64,000 nucleotides of DNA from Scyliorhinus canicula (Eukaryota), in assembly GCF_902713615.1 (NCBI RefSeq), contig NC_052146.1:303506335-303570334 (forward strand), given 5' to 3'. Position numbers and translations under genes: made by a program. This document shows positions 61,328-64,000 of this stretch, piece by piece (position 1 is the first letter of the stretch; the number at the start of each line of letters is the position of its first letter). Below the pieces are notes generated by a model that had not been told where the DNA came from, did no database searches, and saw nothing but the letters and a program-made list of their open reading frames with translations.

Positions 61328-61366
61328 CTAATACCTATCTTTAGCCCATATCCCTTAACCTGTTTG

Positions 61367-61722
61367 TGTGATGATAAGTAGATTGTCATCTATATTATCA
61401 TCTGTATGTAAATAATAATATCTGTGTAACTGTTGTAGTTCCAGCATCCGGCCACAAGGTGGTGTGAGCATGTAGACACGGGACGCAGACACACCGTGTG
61501 TTCCAATAGAAGTTGTTCTCCTTACTAAGGAGTTTGTAGCAGTCGCATATTAGAGTAGCTCTGTAGCATCTTAGTGTAAGTTAGTGTTAGACCTTTATTT
61601 CCGACTGTATTAATCTTAGACATGTTCGTAATTCGTTAGTGTAGTGTTAGTAATAAATAACTTTGTTTATAAAAAAAGGCTAATGTTCTTTGCTCACACA
61701 ACAATATCAAGATTCAACATCA
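61367..61722 (+). mobile_element. Possible solo LTR
   Basis: TGTGATG...CATCA ends and AATAAA; no clear TSD. Confidence 0.45.
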
Positions 61723-63529
61723 GCCCAATTAAAGGACATTAAATTTGGCCAACAAAAATTAATCAACCTTAGTTTAAAATTTAACAACTGATGTATCATC
61801 ACTTGTCATTTGTGAAGAAATTTCGAACCTTCTGTCACCTTTTGTGTATTGAAGCGTTCCCGAAATCGGCTCCTGAAAAGTCTGGCTCTAATTTCTTTCC
61901 CTCTGCCCACTCGTCCTCGGGGTGATTTTCCATCCGTTCACGGCAGCGGAGAATGGGAGATTCGGCTGAGCACCAAATTCTCCGTCCTCGCGAGCAGCGG
62001 TGGTGGGGCAGACTCGCAATGGAGAATCCTGGCCCTAGTCTCACTAACCCGCAGAAATAGGTACTTCCAAACTACCATACCTGTCCCACTCAATATCTTG
62101 AAAACCTTGATCGACGAACCTTCCGAATTCCCAAGGATACAATCTTGGTTTTCCCATCTTTCATCGAGCAGAACTGTTAGGTCAGGGGAACGGCAAACAA
62201 AGCTATTGATGTACAGGTAAATATTCACTGAGCATCTATCATCAACCTGAGCAGCATTGGTCCAATCATCAAGGAAGCTCTTTTACAACACAATTCTGTG
62301 TCTGGGTAAAGGCTACGAGGGGAAATAAATGATCGTGAACTACATTGTTGCAGGCAATCCAATCCCCTTTAAAGTCGAGACTCCAGCAGTCTTAAAGGCT
62401 TATCAAACGAGTTACTGACTCCCTTGGGGACCACCAGTAAATATAAAGATAAGAGGGCCTGTGTTTGAGCCAGAAATATGGATTAGTTCAGGTAACTCCA
62501 GTTGGAGAGCTCTCATCAGCTCAGGCGCTCCCATATGGAACTTTCCACATTTTTCATCCAAGGACAGTTGATAAATATCTGCGGTTGCATGTTTAAGTGT
62601 CAGGCCTGGCCCAGTGGGTAGCTCTATCGACTCTGAGCCAGAAGGTCATGGGCTTGGGAGATGCTCCAAAAACCTGAGGAGAAAATCTATCCTGATGCTC
62701 CCAGCCATCAATCAGCAATCTTGTCTGCCCAGTGAAAGATCCAACGGCAGTTCTTCAAAGGAGCTGCCTTGGCCAATATTTATCCCTCGCCCAACATAAC
62801 TGAGATAGCTAATCTGATCATTGATCTCATTCTCCTTTAGTTGGATCTTGCTGTGTAACTGCAGCTTTGTTTTAAATGAGTAATTTCCTTTCGCACCCGC
62901 CCCTTCACCTCATCCCTCCCACCCCCTAGTTTTTTTGGCTTGAGGGTGTCAAAGTACTTGGGCCCCCAATACACTTGCGTCACCTGATGCCATATAGCTG
63001 AGTCACCATATGCCTGAATTATCCAATGCAATGGGTCCTATAAACTTGGCTCCTCTGGTACGTTAGGTCCGCCCTCTGGTGCCTGCATCCCCTGGTACCT
63101 CGGTCCTCTGATTTTCCACCTGTGACCTCTATTGAACAAAATGTGCTGGAAATGTGTGCTCGTCCGACTGGCTATTTGGTTGACCACCTGAAGAATGGCC
63201 AACTAGGGTCAGTCAACCAGGGAAACAACCCTGCCATCAGGTTAAGGAAATCAGTAAGCAGGACTGCAGAGAGTGGGCGTGCAGCCTCTGCCCTCAATCC
63301 CAAATGGGAATCATTTGCACTTTGCTCAGAGCCCCATCCGGTATCGTGACTTATTCAAGAAATAACCGAATAGAAATTAATCCTGGGTAATAAATAATCG
63401 GCTCTCCGTTCTAACCACTGCCCAATTTATCATCCACAACCTGTCTGCACAACTACAAGAAGTTTTATAAAATGTATATTTAATGTCTAAATGTATACGT
63501 TATTTACATCTCCTGGGAACTGGGCCAAT

Positions 63530-63770
63530 ATGGATTGGATTGGATTTGATTGGATTTGATTTATTGTCACGTCTACCAAGGTACAATGAAACGTATTGTT
63601 CTGTGAACAGTCCAGACAGATCATCCACACATGAAAAAAATGTAGGACATACCTAAATACACAATGTAAACACATTGGCAAAGGCACCAGGTAAAGCATA
63701 CAGGAATGTAGTACTACTCAGTAGAGAAGATATGTGGAGTGATCTCTAAAGCCAGTAAGGTACAAGACAA
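63530..63770 (-). mobile_element. Rex1/Babar LINE 3' UTR fragment
   Basis: Reverse complement of 36480-36690 with (CAAATC/CAATC)n tail. Confidence 0.8.
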
Positions 63771-63828
63771 TAAACTCAATGTGACTAAGGGGAAGAGTAG
63801 ACAGGGAAGAGATGATGAACGCAAAGGT

Positions 63829-64000
63829 GGTCTGAGGTGCATTTGTTTTAATGCGAGAAGTGTAGCAGGTAAGGCAGATGAACTTAGGGCTTGGATCAGT
63901 ACCTGGGAATATGATACTATTGGTATTACTGAGACTTGGTTGAGGCAAGGGCAAGACTGGCAACTGAATATCCCAGGGTATAGATGCTTCAGGAGGTATA
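63829..64000 (+). mobile_element. CR1 LINE ORF2 APE endonuclease N-terminus (runs off window)
   Basis: LRCICFNARSVAGKADEL...IGITETWL...IPGYRCFRR. Confidence 0.85.

Noticed and set aside
59539-61344. Gly/Pro-rich ORFs on both strands
   Set aside because: Produced by G/C-rich tandem repeats inside a MITE palindrome; no domain signal.
62837-63031. ORF containing AYG considered as the missing thioester exon
   Set aside because: Wrong strand and no CGEQ motif.

Overview
Vertebrate genomic DNA from a cartilaginous fish; the repeat landscape is typical of a catshark-like shark. The window lies inside a large, repeat-rich + strand gene of the thioester-containing protein family, CD109 or a CD109-like paralogue. 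I can reconstruct 16 GT-AG exons (974-43437; 2088 nt, about 696 codons in one continuous frame) covering MG3 through the bait-like region to the start of the CUB/TED region. The thioester (GCGEQ) exon is not present in the remaining 20.5 kb. The introns hold V-SINE/HE1-type and a second tRNA-like SINE family, CR1, L2/CR1-like, L1 and Rex1/Babar LINE fragments, Penelope relics, PIF/Harbinger-like MITEs, a hAT MITE, several solo LTRs, an internally deleted Gypsy element and a 3-kb 11-bp minisatellite. Two observations stand out. (1) An intronless, decayed antisense mosaic at ~54.8-56.8 kb is built from SMC1B-, SYCP1- and RABGAP1-like cDNA pieces. It includes an apparent back-splice junction (SMC1 exon 6 end joined to exon 2 start) and a second exon-order inversion in the RABGAP1 part, so it is a candidate circRNA-derived, multi-gene germline retrocopy. 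(2) The Gypsy element's primer-binding site is a perfect 14-nt complement of its own LTR poly(A)-signal region rather than of a tRNA, making it a candidate self-primer. All homology calls were made by eye from remembered human sequences and need alignment to confirm.
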